Assembly: GCA_965204375.1 (NCBI GenBank)
Contig: OZ241986.1
Span: 448,001 to 512,000, forward strand
Length of the DNA stretch: 64,000 bases
Direction of reading: 5' to 3'
Source of the DNA: Candidatus Latescibacterota bacterium
GTDB taxonomy: Bacteria > Latescibacterota > UBA2968
Each line of letters begins with the position of its first letter. Positions within the stretch are counted from its first letter, which is position 1. Shown in pieces: positions 45,542 through 56,301 of the stretch. Both the position numbers and the translations under genes were made by a program. The notes under the pieces are model-generated. The model did not search any database, was not told the DNA's origin, and saw only the letters and a program-made list of their open reading frames with translations.

Positions 45542-46474
45542 ATGAATGAAACACCTGAACAATCCGATAAGATGGGCAAGGCGTTTCTCGATCTCGCCAA
45601 CCGGGGGGAAACGCGCTGGACCAGGTATATCTTGACGCTGCTGATCATTATTGCTGCCTGGTCTTTTGGCAGTGGCGCAGTCCTGCTCGGTGTTTATGGC
45701 TCTGAACCCGAAGGCTTGCCCATGGATGGCACAAATCCTTTTCTGGATTTTATTGCCCTCAACTTGCTCTTTGTCACGGTGCTGATCGGCCTGTGGATTG
45801 GCATTTGCAACGCACACAAACGCCCTTTACGCACGCTTATTACGCCGCGCGATCATATCCGCTGGGGCCGCATGTTGCAGGGCTTTGGTTTGCAGATGGG
45901 TTTGGGGATTGTTTTCGCAGCTATTGACGCTCTGCTCTTTCCCGATAACTACACTTATACCTTGGATCCCGAACGCTTTTACAAATTCGCCATTCTCGTC
46001 CTGTTTCTTACTCCTTTCCAGACCACAACCGAAGAGCTTCTCACGCGCAGTTACTTTTTGCAGATGCTTGGGCACTTCACGCGACATCCCATTGTTCTCG
46101 TTATTCTCAATGCGCTACCCTTTGCCCTGTTCCATTTGATGAATCCCGAGATTGCGAAGTATGGCGTAGTGTCCATGTTAGTCTCCTACTTCGTCGTCGG
46201 CGCGTTTCTCGCTCTTGTCACGCTCAAAGACAATGGTGCGGAACTCGCCATTGGCATCCATGCCGCGAATAACATGTTTGCAGCGGTGCTCGTCAATTAC
46301 GAAGGCTCTGCACTATCTACCAATGCCATCTTTACGATAAAAGAGGTCAATGTCTGGGCAGGTACGATTGCCTACATCGCCTCCGCAGCTATTATGTATT
46401 GGATATTGTTCCGCAGTTCCCCACGGAACCGTATTCCAGGATCGGAGAGGCTCTCCGAGCGCTTGTCCCCTTGA
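45542..46474 (+). CDS. CPBP (CAAX/Abi) family intramembrane metalloprotease
   Basis: EELLTRSY, FALFH and HAANN motifs. Confidence 0.9.
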   Translation: MNETPEQSDKMGKAFLDLANRGETRWTRYILTLLIIIAAWSFGSGAVLLGVYGSEPEGLPMDGTNPFLDFIALNLLFVTVLIGLWIGICNAHKRPLRTLITPRDHIRWGRMLQGFGLQMGLGIVFAAIDALLFPDNYTYTLDPERFYKFAILVLFLTPFQTTTEELLTRSYFLQMLGHFTRHPIVLVILNALPFALFHLMNPEIAKYGVVSMLVSYFVVGAFLALVTLKDNGAELAIGIHAANNMFAAVLVNYEGSALSTNAIFTIKEVNVWAGTIAYIASAAIMYWILFRSSPRNRIPGSERLSERLSP

Positions 46475-46567
46475 CCGTGTTCCGAAACGGGCTTAATTGG
46501 GGCGAGGATATAGAAGAAATCGGCGAATACGACTGAAGCACTATACCGACAGAAGAAAGGGCTTACC

Positions 46568-47641
46568 GTGCCTAAATTTCAAGCGAAGGCTTTGCGCCGG
46601 ATTGGTTACGAGCTTTTCGAAGCTGCCGGGTGTACGCCCGAGGACACGCGGACCGTCGTGGACCACCTTGTCGAGTCGAATCTCTTCGGTCACGACTCTC
46701 ACGGCGCCATCCGGTTCTACGAGTATGCCCGGGCGGTCCGGGAAGGGCGGTTCCAGCCCCGGGCGGTTCCGGTGGTCGTCGAGGAGTATCCCTGTCTGGC
46801 TGTTGTGGATGCGAAGGGGGCGATGGGACAGGTGGGCGCGACCTTTGCAGCAAAGCTGGCCAGTGAGAAGGCCCGGATACACGGCGTCGGTTGCGTCGCG
46901 CTGCGGAATACCAGCCATATAGGCCGGGCTGGTGCGTATCCGCTCATGGCCGCCCGGGAAGGATTGATTGGTCTGATCTTTGTGAATGCCGGGCACCTGG
47001 GTTATCAGATCGCCCCTTTTGGGGGAATCGACGGACGCCTGAGCACCAATCCGATCGCATTTGCTGCCCCCCGACGGGAGGCAGAGCCGCTTCTGGTGGA
47101 CATGACGACTTCGGTGGTGGCAGAAGGGAAGGTGCGGGTGGCGATCAACAGCGGGCACCAGGTCCCCGAGGGTTGGCTGATCGATTCGGAGGGGAATCCG
47201 ACCGTGGATCCGGGAGATTTTTCGGCCGATCCGCCGGGCGCAATTCTCCCTATGGGCGGCGTGGTTGCCCACAAAGGCTTTGCGTTGAGCTTGGTGGTGG
47301 AGCTTTTGGGTGGCACTCTCAGCGGGCAGGGATGCGCTGCCGGCGAGCGCCAGATGATCAGCAACGGCGTGCTTTTGACGGTGTACGATATTGCACACTT
47401 TACTGACCGGGAGGCCTATTACGACGAGGTGGAAGCATTGATCCGGCACGTGAAGTCGAGCCGCGTGGCCCCTGGATTTGAGGAAATCCTGCTGCCCGGA
47501 GAGCCGGAGTTCCGCAGCGCGACGCAGCGGAAGATGGAGGGGATCGAGGTGGACGATACGACCTGGTCGATGATCTGCGAGGAAGCGCGCGCCGTCGGGC
47601 TGGAACCCCAGGGATGGGGAGCCGAGCGGTGTGTCGGTTGA
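46568..47641 (+). CDS. Ldh_2 family (malate/L-lactate/ureidoglycolate) dehydrogenase
   Basis: GHDSHG, SHIGRAG, STNPIA, DMTTS, HKGFAL and LPGEPE motifs. Confidence 0.92.
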   Translation: MPKFQAKALRRIGYELFEAAGCTPEDTRTVVDHLVESNLFGHDSHGAIRFYEYARAVREGRFQPRAVPVVVEEYPCLAVVDAKGAMGQVGATFAAKLASEKARIHGVGCVALRNTSHIGRAGAYPLMAAREGLIGLIFVNAGHLGYQIAPFGGIDGRLSTNPIAFAAPRREAEPLLVDMTTSVVAEGKVRVAINSGHQVPEGWLIDSEGNPTVDPGDFSADPPGAILPMGGVVAHKGFALSLVVELLGGTLSGQGCAAGERQMISNGVLLTVYDIAHFTDREAYYDEVEALIRHVKSSRVAPGFEEILLPGEPEFRSATQRKMEGIEVDDTTWSMICEEARAVGLEPQGWGAERCVG

Positions 47642-47766
47642 GCGCGCGCTGGCTCCGGGGTCGTTGGGATGTCATAGAACGCGAATCGCCTGACAGCCGG
47701 ACACCTTTGGTAGGAAGGTGGCCAATAGCCCGTGCCCCGGTAGATTTGAGATGAAAGAGAGGGACT

Positions 47767-49116
47767 ATGGCAAATTCAATAGAAATCGGTATTGCGCGTG
47801 CTGACATTACCCCTGCGGTGGGCATTCCCATGGTCGGATTTGCGGGGCGGGGACCTTCAACGCGTATAAACGATCCGTTATATGCCACGGCTATGGCTGT
47901 TTCCTGCGCGGGGGAGCAAGCCGTATTGATTGCTTTGGATCTCCTCCAGTTTAAGGCGGAAACGGTCGCCGAGTTTCGCACACTCATCCAGGCAGCATCG
48001 GGGATTCCCGCTGATCGGATTACTCTGGCATGCAGCCATACGCATTACGGGCCTGATGTCGATCGCGCAGGCAGGCGATCTCCTTCGCCTGGTCCGAGTT
48101 CGCCCGAAGGTGCCGAATTGGTCGATGCTTATCGGATTCATCTCGGCTTCAAACTATCGGGCCTGGTACAGGAGGCACAGCAAAATTTGAAGCCGGCGCG
48201 AATGGGAATCGGCTGGGGCAGTTCCGATATTGGTATTAACCGCAGAGAGAAGACCCCTGATGGGCAAATTATACTCGGCAACAACTACGATGGGCCTGTT
48301 GACCGCGAGGTCGGCGTGGCGCGGATTGAAGATATAGAGGGAAATCCCATCGCCTGTCTGGTCAATTTTGCGACGCATCCCGTTGCACAGACTTCTCAGC
48401 AACGCGCTATTTCCGCCGGGTTTCCGGGAAAGATGACTCAGGTGGTAGAAGGTCTTACGGGCGCGTATTGTCTCTTTCTACAGGGGGCGGCGGGAAATAT
48501 CAATCCAGCTTTGGGATTCCGCCGACCAGATCATCCGCCCGAGAATCTTCACAAACCAGCGGATAGTCTGGGCATTCGATTGGGTTGCGAAGTGGTGCGC
48601 GTGTGGGAAACCATCAGCGTTGGCGAGGCTCAAGGCTTGAATCTCGCTTCAAAAACCATCAGCCTGCCTCGCTACATGTACGGCGACTTAGAAAGCGCGA
48701 AACAGCTCGATGGAGAATTCGCCCAGGAGTTGGAATCGAGAAATCTCTCGGAGGGGCAGCGATATTGGACAGAGTTGAGGCAAAGTCGAGTGCGAGAAGC
48801 GATTGGAAGCTATGAGACGGGGGTTCCTCTCGATCCGGTTGAGGCTGAATTGCAGGCCTGGCGAATTGGCGATCTCGCCTTTGTGACTGCTCCGGCGGAG
48901 ATTTTTACTGAAAACGGCACGCTTGTAAAAAATCAATCGACTTTCGATCACACTTTCTTCGTGGGCTATACCAATGGCTCCATCGGGTATGTACCTACCG
49001 TGGATGCCTACCCCGAGGGGGGATACGAAGTTACTCACGCCTGCCAGGTCGATCCCGAGGCGGGCGGTATGATCAATGAAGATTGCCTGACACTGCTCCA
49101 GCAGGTCGTGGCATAA
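47767..49116 (+). CDS. Neutral/alkaline ceramidase-like N-terminal domain protein
   Basis: DITP, CSHTHYGP, NRR, NFATHP, QGAAGNINP and GYVP...GGYE motifs. Confidence 0.8.
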   Translation: MANSIEIGIARADITPAVGIPMVGFAGRGPSTRINDPLYATAMAVSCAGEQAVLIALDLLQFKAETVAEFRTLIQAASGIPADRITLACSHTHYGPDVDRAGRRSPSPGPSSPEGAELVDAYRIHLGFKLSGLVQEAQQNLKPARMGIGWGSSDIGINRREKTPDGQIILGNNYDGPVDREVGVARIEDIEGNPIACLVNFATHPVAQTSQQRAISAGFPGKMTQVVEGLTGAYCLFLQGAAGNINPALGFRRPDHPPENLHKPADSLGIRLGCEVVRVWETISVGEAQGLNLASKTISLPRYMYGDLESAKQLDGEFAQELESRNLSEGQRYWTELRQSRVREAIGSYETGVPLDPVEAELQAWRIGDLAFVTAPAEIFTENGTLVKNQSTFDHTFFVGYTNGSIGYVPTVDAYPEGGYEVTHACQVDPEAGGMINEDCLTLLQQVVA

Positions 49117-49130
49117 CGGAGGGGATTTCT

Positions 49131-50603
49131 ATGGCAGATAGACCTAATATCCTGGTGATCATGTCCGATCAACACAGCAAATTCCACATCGGATGTTATG
49201 GCGATGAAGTGGTTCGAACCCCACATATGGACCGGCTTGCCGCCGAAGGCATACGGTTCAACAACGCCTATTGTGCAACACCGCTTTGCGTTCCCAGCCG
49301 GATGGCTTTTATGACATCCAGAACACCCACCGCGAACCGCGTCTGGACAAATAGCCATATTCTCTCTTCCGCCATCCCCACCTGGGCACATGGCATGGGC
49401 GCAGCCGGCTATGAAACTGCCCTGATTGGACGCATGCACTTTGTTGGATCGGATCAGCGGCACGGATTTGAGCGAAGGCCGATCGGCGAACACGGCGCGC
49501 ACCATCCCGGTGCTCCCCGGCAGGGCGCTCCCCTGTTTCGCAAAATGCCTCTGGGCGTTTCAGGTCAAAGCCGCGTGAGCGTAGAATATGCCGGTTATGG
49601 GATGTGTACCTATCAAGCCTATGATGACATGGTCGTTGCGTCTGCCCTTGATTATTTGGACGAGAAGGCCCATGATGGGGGAGATCGCCCCTTTGCCGCC
49701 GTAGCTGGCTTTGTCCTTCCACACTGTCCCTATATCGCGGCTACAAAGGAGCTTTTTGAATACTATTACGATCGCGTCGATGTTCCTCAGCCAACACCGG
49801 AAGAGGCACAGAGAGCACCGGCGGCTATCCGCAAGCTGAAGCGCCTGCGAGACCTCGATCATCCGCTTCCCGAGGAACGCATCCGCGTGGCCCGGGCGGC
49901 CTATTTTGCCATGTGCGAGTACTTTGACAGCATCGTCGGTCAGATGCTCCAGAAGCTGGATGAGACGGGGCTGGCGGAAAACACGCTGGTCATCTACTGC
50001 TCCGACCACGGCGAAATGGCCGGAGAACACGGACTGTGGTCCAAGAGCAACTACTACGAAGCATCTGTTTCCGTGCCTCTCATTGCCCGTTTGCCCGGGG
50101 TTATCCCAGCGGGTGGAATCAGCGATAGCATCTGCAACCTCATGGATATTGGACCGACTCTGGTCGAGATGGCTGGCGCTCCTCCGATGCCTGCTACTGA
50201 CGGCCAGTCGCTGTGGCCCCAGATGTGCGGAGAAAACGATCCGAACTGGGCCGATGAAACTTTCAGTGAATATCTCTGGGTAGCCAACGAAGTGCCTTCG
50301 AGAATGATTCGAAGCGGCCCGTGGAAGCTCTACAAGTACAATGAGCCTACCCCGCCAGCGCTCTTTAATCTGGAAGAAGACCCCGGAGAACTCAATGATC
50401 TGGGGCTGGACACGCAGCACCAGGATGTGCGAGAGAAGCTCTTGAAACGCCTCTACGAAGGCTGGGATCCCGCAGATATCATCAAAGAAACAGCTATTCT
50501 GGATCGGGATTATCGCGCTATTTCGGCATGGGGCCAGGCCGTCCAGCCCATACACGAAGACACTGTAGCCGTGCCGGATGTGGAAGACATCGAACTTCGA
50601 TAG
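49131..50603 (+). CDS. Sulfatase (choline-sulfatase-like)
   Basis: RPNILVIMSDQH, CVPSR formylglycine motif, GRMH, SDHGEM. Confidence 0.92.
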   Translation: MADRPNILVIMSDQHSKFHIGCYGDEVVRTPHMDRLAAEGIRFNNAYCATPLCVPSRMAFMTSRTPTANRVWTNSHILSSAIPTWAHGMGAAGYETALIGRMHFVGSDQRHGFERRPIGEHGAHHPGAPRQGAPLFRKMPLGVSGQSRVSVEYAGYGMCTYQAYDDMVVASALDYLDEKAHDGGDRPFAAVAGFVLPHCPYIAATKELFEYYYDRVDVPQPTPEEAQRAPAAIRKLKRLRDLDHPLPEERIRVARAAYFAMCEYFDSIVGQMLQKLDETGLAENTLVIYCSDHGEMAGEHGLWSKSNYYEASVSVPLIARLPGVIPAGGISDSICNLMDIGPTLVEMAGAPPMPATDGQSLWPQMCGENDPNWADETFSEYLWVANEVPSRMIRSGPWKLYKYNEPTPPALFNLEEDPGELNDLGLDTQHQDVREKLLKRLYEGWDPADIIKETAILDRDYRAISAWGQAVQPIHEDTVAVPDVEDIELR

Positions 50604-50632
50604 ATGGTGAATCCAAAATTAAGTGTGATCAC

Positions 50633-50794
50633 GTGTCCCAACCATTAGAAACTCGACGCGACCGTCAAGATCAGATGCCCGACTCTTCTCGAGATAGGGG
50701 GTTGACCCTTCGCTCGGTACTCATTGGGCTTTGCTTTGCTGGTCTGGCCAACTTCTGGGTGACCTGGTTCAGTCCGGTGTGGGTCGAGTCCTGA
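50633..50794 (+). pseudogene. Truncated N-terminus of a DUF6785-type membrane protein gene
   Basis: RGLTLRSVLIGLCFAGLANFW resembles SVRPGAIVLGVVLTFCINGF near the start of gene 24570; stops after the first TM. Confidence 0.5.
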
Positions 50795-50823
50795 TTCGCT
50801 CTGCGCCGCCTGTGGAGAAAATT

Positions 50824-52320
50824 ATGGATAGAGTGATCATTGCAGAGTGCAAGCAGGAAGTCTCGACGTTTAATCCCGTGCCCAGCCAGTACGGCGATTT
50901 TCGAATCGTGCGTGGGCCTGATATGCTCGATTTCCATCGCGGCGTTGGTCACGAAGTCGGCGGTGCCCTGAGCGTTTTGGACCGAGAAGAGGCACTTCTC
51001 CTCGTGCCCACATACGGAGCGTGTGCGAATACATCTGGAGGTGTGCTTTCAAAAGACGGATTTGACCGCCTGAGCGATGAGTTTCTCGAAAGTATCCGGG
51101 ATGCTGGTGAAGTGGATGGGGCTTATTTCTCGCTTCACGGTGCCATGCAGGCAGAGGACAAAAATGATCCCGAAGGCTACCTGCTACAGGAAGCCCGTCG
51201 CATCCTCGGTGACCAGATTCCGATTGTGGTGTCCCTGGACCTGCACGGTATCCTCACCGATCGGATGCTCGAGCACTGTGATGCTGTCGTCACGTACCAC
51301 ACCTATCCGCATATCGACTTTGTCGAAACAGGAAAGCGTGCGGCCTTCCTGTTGACCAGGATGCTGGATGGAAACATCCGTCCCGTGACTGCAAGAGTCA
51401 AAATCCCGGCACTGGTGCGTGGCGATGAAATGATCACTGAGACCGGGGCGATTCGCGAATGTATTCAGTTGGCGAAGCAGATCGAAGCCAGCGAAGCGGG
51501 TCTTTCTGCTGGCGTGATGTGGGGAAACCCGTTCACCGACGTTCCGGAGCTTCGAACAAATAGCATTGTTGTCATGGATGGCGATGAAGCCGTCGCCATG
51601 CAATACGCGGTAGATCTGGCAAACCGGTTCTGGAAGCATCACGAAAAGATGCAGGTGCCCCTGACTGGCCTCGAAGAAGGCGTCCGGCTCGCTTCGGAAG
51701 TCGATTCTGGAACCGTCGTCATGATGGATGCAGCCGACGCGACCAGTTCTGGCGCATCGGGTGACAGCAATGCCATTGTGCGAGAACTGATGCGTCAGGA
51801 ATATCTCGGGAGGGTCCTTGCACCGGTCGTGGATCCCGCTGCCGTCCAGAAAGCTTTCAACGCGGGCATAGGTGCCACCATCCGCACTACCGTAGGCGGC
51901 GCGTTCGACAGAGCCAGGTACGAACCACTGGAAATAGAGGCCCGGGTCCACCTGCTTTCAGATGGCGTTTTTCGCAGCGAGTCCTTCGGCTGGCACTGGA
52001 ATTCGGGAAATACCGCCGTTCTCAAGGCGGATAATTATACTCTTGTGGTCGGTACAAAGCCAGTCAGCCTGTTTGACCGATCGTGGTTTTACGCTCACGG
52101 ACAGGATCCGAAGAAATTCGACCTAATTGTCGTAAAGTCGCCTCATTGCGAGCCTCACATGTTCGCCGACTGGTGCGCGGAGTTGATTAATGTTGACGCC
52201 CCCGGAGCGACGAGCGCGAACTTACAGAGCCTCGGACATACGATCTGTAATCGACCGATTTTTCCGCTGGATGATGCCGTGGAATTTCATCCGGCAGCGG
52301 ATGTATTCCGTCGGGATTGA
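50824..52320 (+). CDS. M81 family metallopeptidase (MlrC-like)
   Basis: QEVSTF, LHGAM, DPEG, SLDLHG and TYPHID motifs. Confidence 0.9.
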   Translation: MDRVIIAECKQEVSTFNPVPSQYGDFRIVRGPDMLDFHRGVGHEVGGALSVLDREEALLLVPTYGACANTSGGVLSKDGFDRLSDEFLESIRDAGEVDGAYFSLHGAMQAEDKNDPEGYLLQEARRILGDQIPIVVSLDLHGILTDRMLEHCDAVVTYHTYPHIDFVETGKRAAFLLTRMLDGNIRPVTARVKIPALVRGDEMITETGAIRECIQLAKQIEASEAGLSAGVMWGNPFTDVPELRTNSIVVMDGDEAVAMQYAVDLANRFWKHHEKMQVPLTGLEEGVRLASEVDSGTVVMMDAADATSSGASGDSNAIVRELMRQEYLGRVLAPVVDPAAVQKAFNAGIGATIRTTVGGAFDRARYEPLEIEARVHLLSDGVFRSESFGWHWNSGNTAVLKADNYTLVVGTKPVSLFDRSWFYAHGQDPKKFDLIVVKSPHCEPHMFADWCAELINVDAPGATSANLQSLGHTICNRPIFPLDDAVEFHPAADVFRRD

Positions 52321-52401
52321 ATGGGGCATGTCATCACCAACACATATATTGGATCACCCTCGCTTCCATCCAGCATTGGGACTGATACAGAAGGAACGCC
52401 T

Positions 52402-54132
52402 ATGCCACACGCCGAGCAGATCGACCCCATCCGATTTGAGGTCATCCGAAATGCGCTGTCCGAAGCTACGGAAGAAATGGCGATTGCCCTGCGCCGCAGT
52501 GCTTACTCCACCAATATCAAAACCCGAGCCGACTTCTCCTGTGTCCTTTTTGACAGCCGGGTTCGGGTCGTCGCCCAGGCCTTCGCGCAGCCCGTCCACC
52601 TCGGCTCCCTGTCCTTACTTGTCCCCCGGATGGTGGAAGCATACGGGGCTGAAAATCTGGGCCCCGGCGACGCCATCCTGGCCAATGACCCCTATCTGGG
52701 CGGCGTACACCTGAATGATATCACCCTCATTTCACCAGTATATCACAACAACACTTGCCTGGGGTATGTTGCCAACCTGGCTCACCATGTGGATGTAGGT
52801 GGCGGGTCCCCCGCGAGCATCGGCACTTTCAGAGAAGTGTTCCAGGAAGGCGTAATTATCCCGCCAGTCAAGCTCGTTGAGCGGGGCGAACTCGTCACCA
52901 ATATCTTCAATCTCATCCTCGCGCAAATTCGTTCGAAACGCGAAATGGCAGGCGATCTGCGTGCCCAAATCGCAGCCAACAACACAGGTGTTCGCCGCTT
53001 ATGTGCCCTTGCCGATCGCATAGGCGGCGACACGGTGTCGTTCTACATTCGCGAATTGATTGCCTACACGGAACGGCGCACGCGCGTGGAAATCAGAAAT
53101 TTGCCGAATGGCGATTTTTCAGCCGATGGGCAGGTGGATAACGACGGTTTTACGGATCGGCCAGTACACCTTGCCGCACAAATCAGCATTCAGAATGATC
53201 AGGTATGCTTCGATTTTACCGGCTCTGACGTTCAGCGTAGCGCTCCGGTAAATTCAACCGCGGCGATGACTTTTTCCGCCTGTGCCTATGTTCTCAAGTG
53301 TCTCATTGACCCGTATGTACCAGTCAATGCGGGTTTCTATAATGCGGTTCAAATGGTCGCGCCCGAGGGAACGGTCGTCAACTGTTCACCCCACGCACCG
53401 GTTGTAGGAGGCTGGGAGACCCAATTGCGGCTAACAGATGTCATGTTAAGGGCTTTGGCCTCCGCATTTCCCGATAACATCCCGGCAGGTACCAAAGCCA
53501 TGGTATGTCATGCGGGATTCGGCGGAATCATCGCCAGCACAGGCGAGTATTACTGCTTTTTGGAAACCCTGGGCGGCGGCTATGGTGGTCGTGCTGCGAG
53601 CGATGGGCCGGACGCTGTTCAGACTCATGGGCAGAACACAGAAAACGCACCCATTGAAGAAACAGAAATCAATTACCCGGTACGCATCGTGCGCTACGAA
53701 CTGGTCGAAAACTCCGAAGGTCCTGGTAAATTTCGGGGCGGATTGGGCCTCCGGCGTGACTATCTCTTTCCCGACCATGAAGCCACCTTCACCATCCTCG
53801 CTGACCGCGACAGGAAGGGCCCCAGGGGCCTATTCGGCGGCAAACCTGGCCGCACTGCTGGTTATTTCCTCAACTCGAATGGAAAAACCGTCCGACTCGG
53901 TTCGAAAACCACTGTTCAGCTCCAACCGGGAGACATTGTCAGCTATCGCACCTGCGGTGGCGGCGGCTACGGTCTGCCCGCGGAGCGGGATCCCGAACGG
54001 GTGTTGCGCGACGTTCGAAACGGTATGGTCAGCCGGGAGAGAGCAAGGGAGATCTACCGAACGGAGATCGATACGGAGGCCTGGCGTGTGAACGATAGAG
54101 AAACGATGAGGTTGCGGAGTGAGATTACCTGA
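52402..54132 (+). CDS. Hydantoinase B / oxoprolinase family protein
   Basis: STNIK..ADFS, NDPYLGGVHLND, HHVDVGG, GPGKFRGG and GGGGYG motifs. Confidence 0.93.
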   Translation: MPHAEQIDPIRFEVIRNALSEATEEMAIALRRSAYSTNIKTRADFSCVLFDSRVRVVAQAFAQPVHLGSLSLLVPRMVEAYGAENLGPGDAILANDPYLGGVHLNDITLISPVYHNNTCLGYVANLAHHVDVGGGSPASIGTFREVFQEGVIIPPVKLVERGELVTNIFNLILAQIRSKREMAGDLRAQIAANNTGVRRLCALADRIGGDTVSFYIRELIAYTERRTRVEIRNLPNGDFSADGQVDNDGFTDRPVHLAAQISIQNDQVCFDFTGSDVQRSAPVNSTAAMTFSACAYVLKCLIDPYVPVNAGFYNAVQMVAPEGTVVNCSPHAPVVGGWETQLRLTDVMLRALASAFPDNIPAGTKAMVCHAGFGGIIASTGEYYCFLETLGGGYGGRAASDGPDAVQTHGQNTENAPIEETEINYPVRIVRYELVENSEGPGKFRGGLGLRRDYLFPDHEATFTILADRDRKGPRGLFGGKPGRTAGYFLNSNGKTVRLGSKTTVQLQPGDIVSYRTCGGGGYGLPAERDPERVLRDVRNGMVSRERAREIYRTEIDTEAWRVNDRETMRLRSEIT

Positions 54133-54162
54133 TCAAAAACTCGGTTCTGAAGGAACATAAAA

Positions 54163-56250
54163 ATGGCGTACCGGCTGGGCATTGACACTGGTGGAACATT
54201 CACAGATGCAACGCTTATTGATGAAGAAACTGGAGATGTCCATGTCGGTAAGGTGTCGTCCACACCGCGAGACCCTTCCCTCGGATTTATGGAAGCTACC
54301 CATCGAATCCTGGGCGAAGCAGAAATTGAACCGACTAAAGTGGGCTATATCGTACACGGAACCACGGTGGTCACCAATGCAATTATCGAAGGCAAAACCG
54401 CTCGGACGGGTTTTATCACTACTGGTGGCTTTCGAGATCTGCTTGAAATCGCGCGTCAGATCCGTCCGTCGCTTTACGACCTGCAGTTTGAAAAGCCTCG
54501 GCCGCTGGTACCGCGCTACCTCTGTTTCGGTGTGCCGGAGCGTCTGGATGCAAGGGGAAAGATTCTCGAGCCTCTTGATGAAAAAGCCGTCTCCTTCGCG
54601 GCGAGCCAACTGCGTCGGGAGGGTGTGGAATCGATCGCGGTCTGCCTACTTCACGCCTACACCAATCCCGTCCACGAGCAGCGAGTTGGAGAGATCCTGA
54701 GACGGGACTTTCCCGAAGCGATGGTGTCGCTGTCTTCGGAAGTATCACCGGAATTCCGGGAGTATTTTCGGGCCACCACCACCGTCATCAACGCCTGTAT
54801 TCGGCCTGTTGCTGCGCGCTATTTGGAAAACATCCAGGCTCGGTTGCGAGAAGAAGGGTTAACAGCGCAACTTTTGGTGATGCAAAGCAGCGGAGGAGTT
54901 CTGACCTTTGGCTCGGCAGCTAAAAAACCGGTTTTTCTCGTCGAATCAGGTCCCGCGGCCGGAGTGATCGCAGCGACCTATCTGGGCGATACACTGGGTC
55001 ATCCCAACGTGATCTCTTTTGACATGGGAGGAACAACGGCCAAAGCGGGCCTCGTACAGGACGGTCGGCCCCAGGTGACCAAGGATTACGAGGTGGGGGC
55101 TACCGCTCAGGCGGGTGTAGGTGGGGCAAGAGGCGGGGGATATCCCATCCGCACGCCCGTCATAGACCTGGTGGAAATCGGCGCTGGCGGGGGGTCAATC
55201 GCCTGGATAGACCCGGGTGGTGTGTTGCGGGTGGGGCCGCATAGCGCGGGAGCCGATCCCGGTCCGGTATGCTACGGAAAGGGCGGCGAAGAACCCACGA
55301 TCACCGATGCCAACCTGATGCTGGGGCGCCTCAACCCGGATTACTTTTTGGGCGGTGAGATCGCACTGGACGCGGAAGCCGCTCGAAAGGCGATTCAGCA
55401 AAAATGCGCCGACCCGCTGGGACTGGATCCCGTAGAAGCCGCCCACGGAATTGTGGAAATCGCCAACGCGGCCATGGTCAACGCCCTCCGGCTGGTTTCT
55501 GTTCAGCGGGGATACGATCCGAGAGAATTCGTGCTGGTGGCCTTCGGTGGGGCCGGTCCAGTACATGCCTGCCGCCTATCGGCAGAAATGGAGATTCCGA
55601 CCATCCTGATTCCGATGAGTCCGGGAACCACTTCGGCGATGGGCTTGCTCGTGACAGATCTCAAGCACGACTACTCGACAACATTCATATGCCAGGTAGA
55701 TAAGCTGGATCTCAAAAAGGTGGCGACAGCGTTCTGCAATATGGAACAACAGGGGAGGGCGATACTGGAGGAAGAAGGGGTGCAGGACAAGGACAAGGAC
55801 TTCCTCCGCCAGGTAGATATGCGCTATGTAGGCCAAAGCTATGAACTGACTGTACCGCTTTCTGGAACTGAATTCACACCAGCCGGGATTGAAGCCTTGC
55901 TGGTCTGCTTTCATCGAGAACACGACCGGGCCTACGGATACAGCGCCCCTGAAGAACCTGCGGAATTTGTCAATCTCCGCCTTTCAGCAATTGGCCGAAT
56001 CGCAAAACCCCGGCTCCGCAGCCTCGATTCAAATTTGGACGCTCCGGCTCTCAAAACCAGCCGTCCCGTTTATTTTTCCGAACGCAATGGATTTGTAGAT
56101 TGTCCGATTTACGACCGCTATACCCTCGCCGCGGGGAATATCGTGGACGGCCCTGCGATCGTTGAAGAAATCGATTCCACGACCGTTATCCATCCCGGGT
56201 ACCGAGGAACCGTAGATACGTACGGGAACCTGATTTTGACTGGGGAATGA
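54163..56250 (+). CDS. Hydantoinase A / oxoprolinase family protein (ATP-binding subunit)
   Basis: IDTGGTFTD, HGTT, SGPAAG, DMGGTT and GAGGGS motifs. Confidence 0.95.
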   Translation: MAYRLGIDTGGTFTDATLIDEETGDVHVGKVSSTPRDPSLGFMEATHRILGEAEIEPTKVGYIVHGTTVVTNAIIEGKTARTGFITTGGFRDLLEIARQIRPSLYDLQFEKPRPLVPRYLCFGVPERLDARGKILEPLDEKAVSFAASQLRREGVESIAVCLLHAYTNPVHEQRVGEILRRDFPEAMVSLSSEVSPEFREYFRATTTVINACIRPVAARYLENIQARLREEGLTAQLLVMQSSGGVLTFGSAAKKPVFLVESGPAAGVIAATYLGDTLGHPNVISFDMGGTTAKAGLVQDGRPQVTKDYEVGATAQAGVGGARGGGYPIRTPVIDLVEIGAGGGSIAWIDPGGVLRVGPHSAGADPGPVCYGKGGEEPTITDANLMLGRLNPDYFLGGEIALDAEAARKAIQQKCADPLGLDPVEAAHGIVEIANAAMVNALRLVSVQRGYDPREFVLVAFGGAGPVHACRLSAEMEIPTILIPMSPGTTSAMGLLVTDLKHDYSTTFICQVDKLDLKKVATAFCNMEQQGRAILEEEGVQDKDKDFLRQVDMRYVGQSYELTVPLSGTEFTPAGIEALLVCFHREHDRAYGYSAPEEPAEFVNLRLSAIGRIAKPRLRSLDSNLDAPALKTSRPVYFSERNGFVDCPIYDRYTLAAGNIVDGPAIVEEIDSTTVIHPGYRGTVDTYGNLILTGE

Positions 56251-56301
56251 CCAAGACGCCTCCGAGCACAGGGCAGAGCGAGACTTCTGGAATACACTGA
56301 T

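Noticed and set aside
44339-45817. 492-aa minus-strand ORF
   Set aside because: Antisense shadow of the well-supported dgoD and CPBP genes; no recognisable motifs
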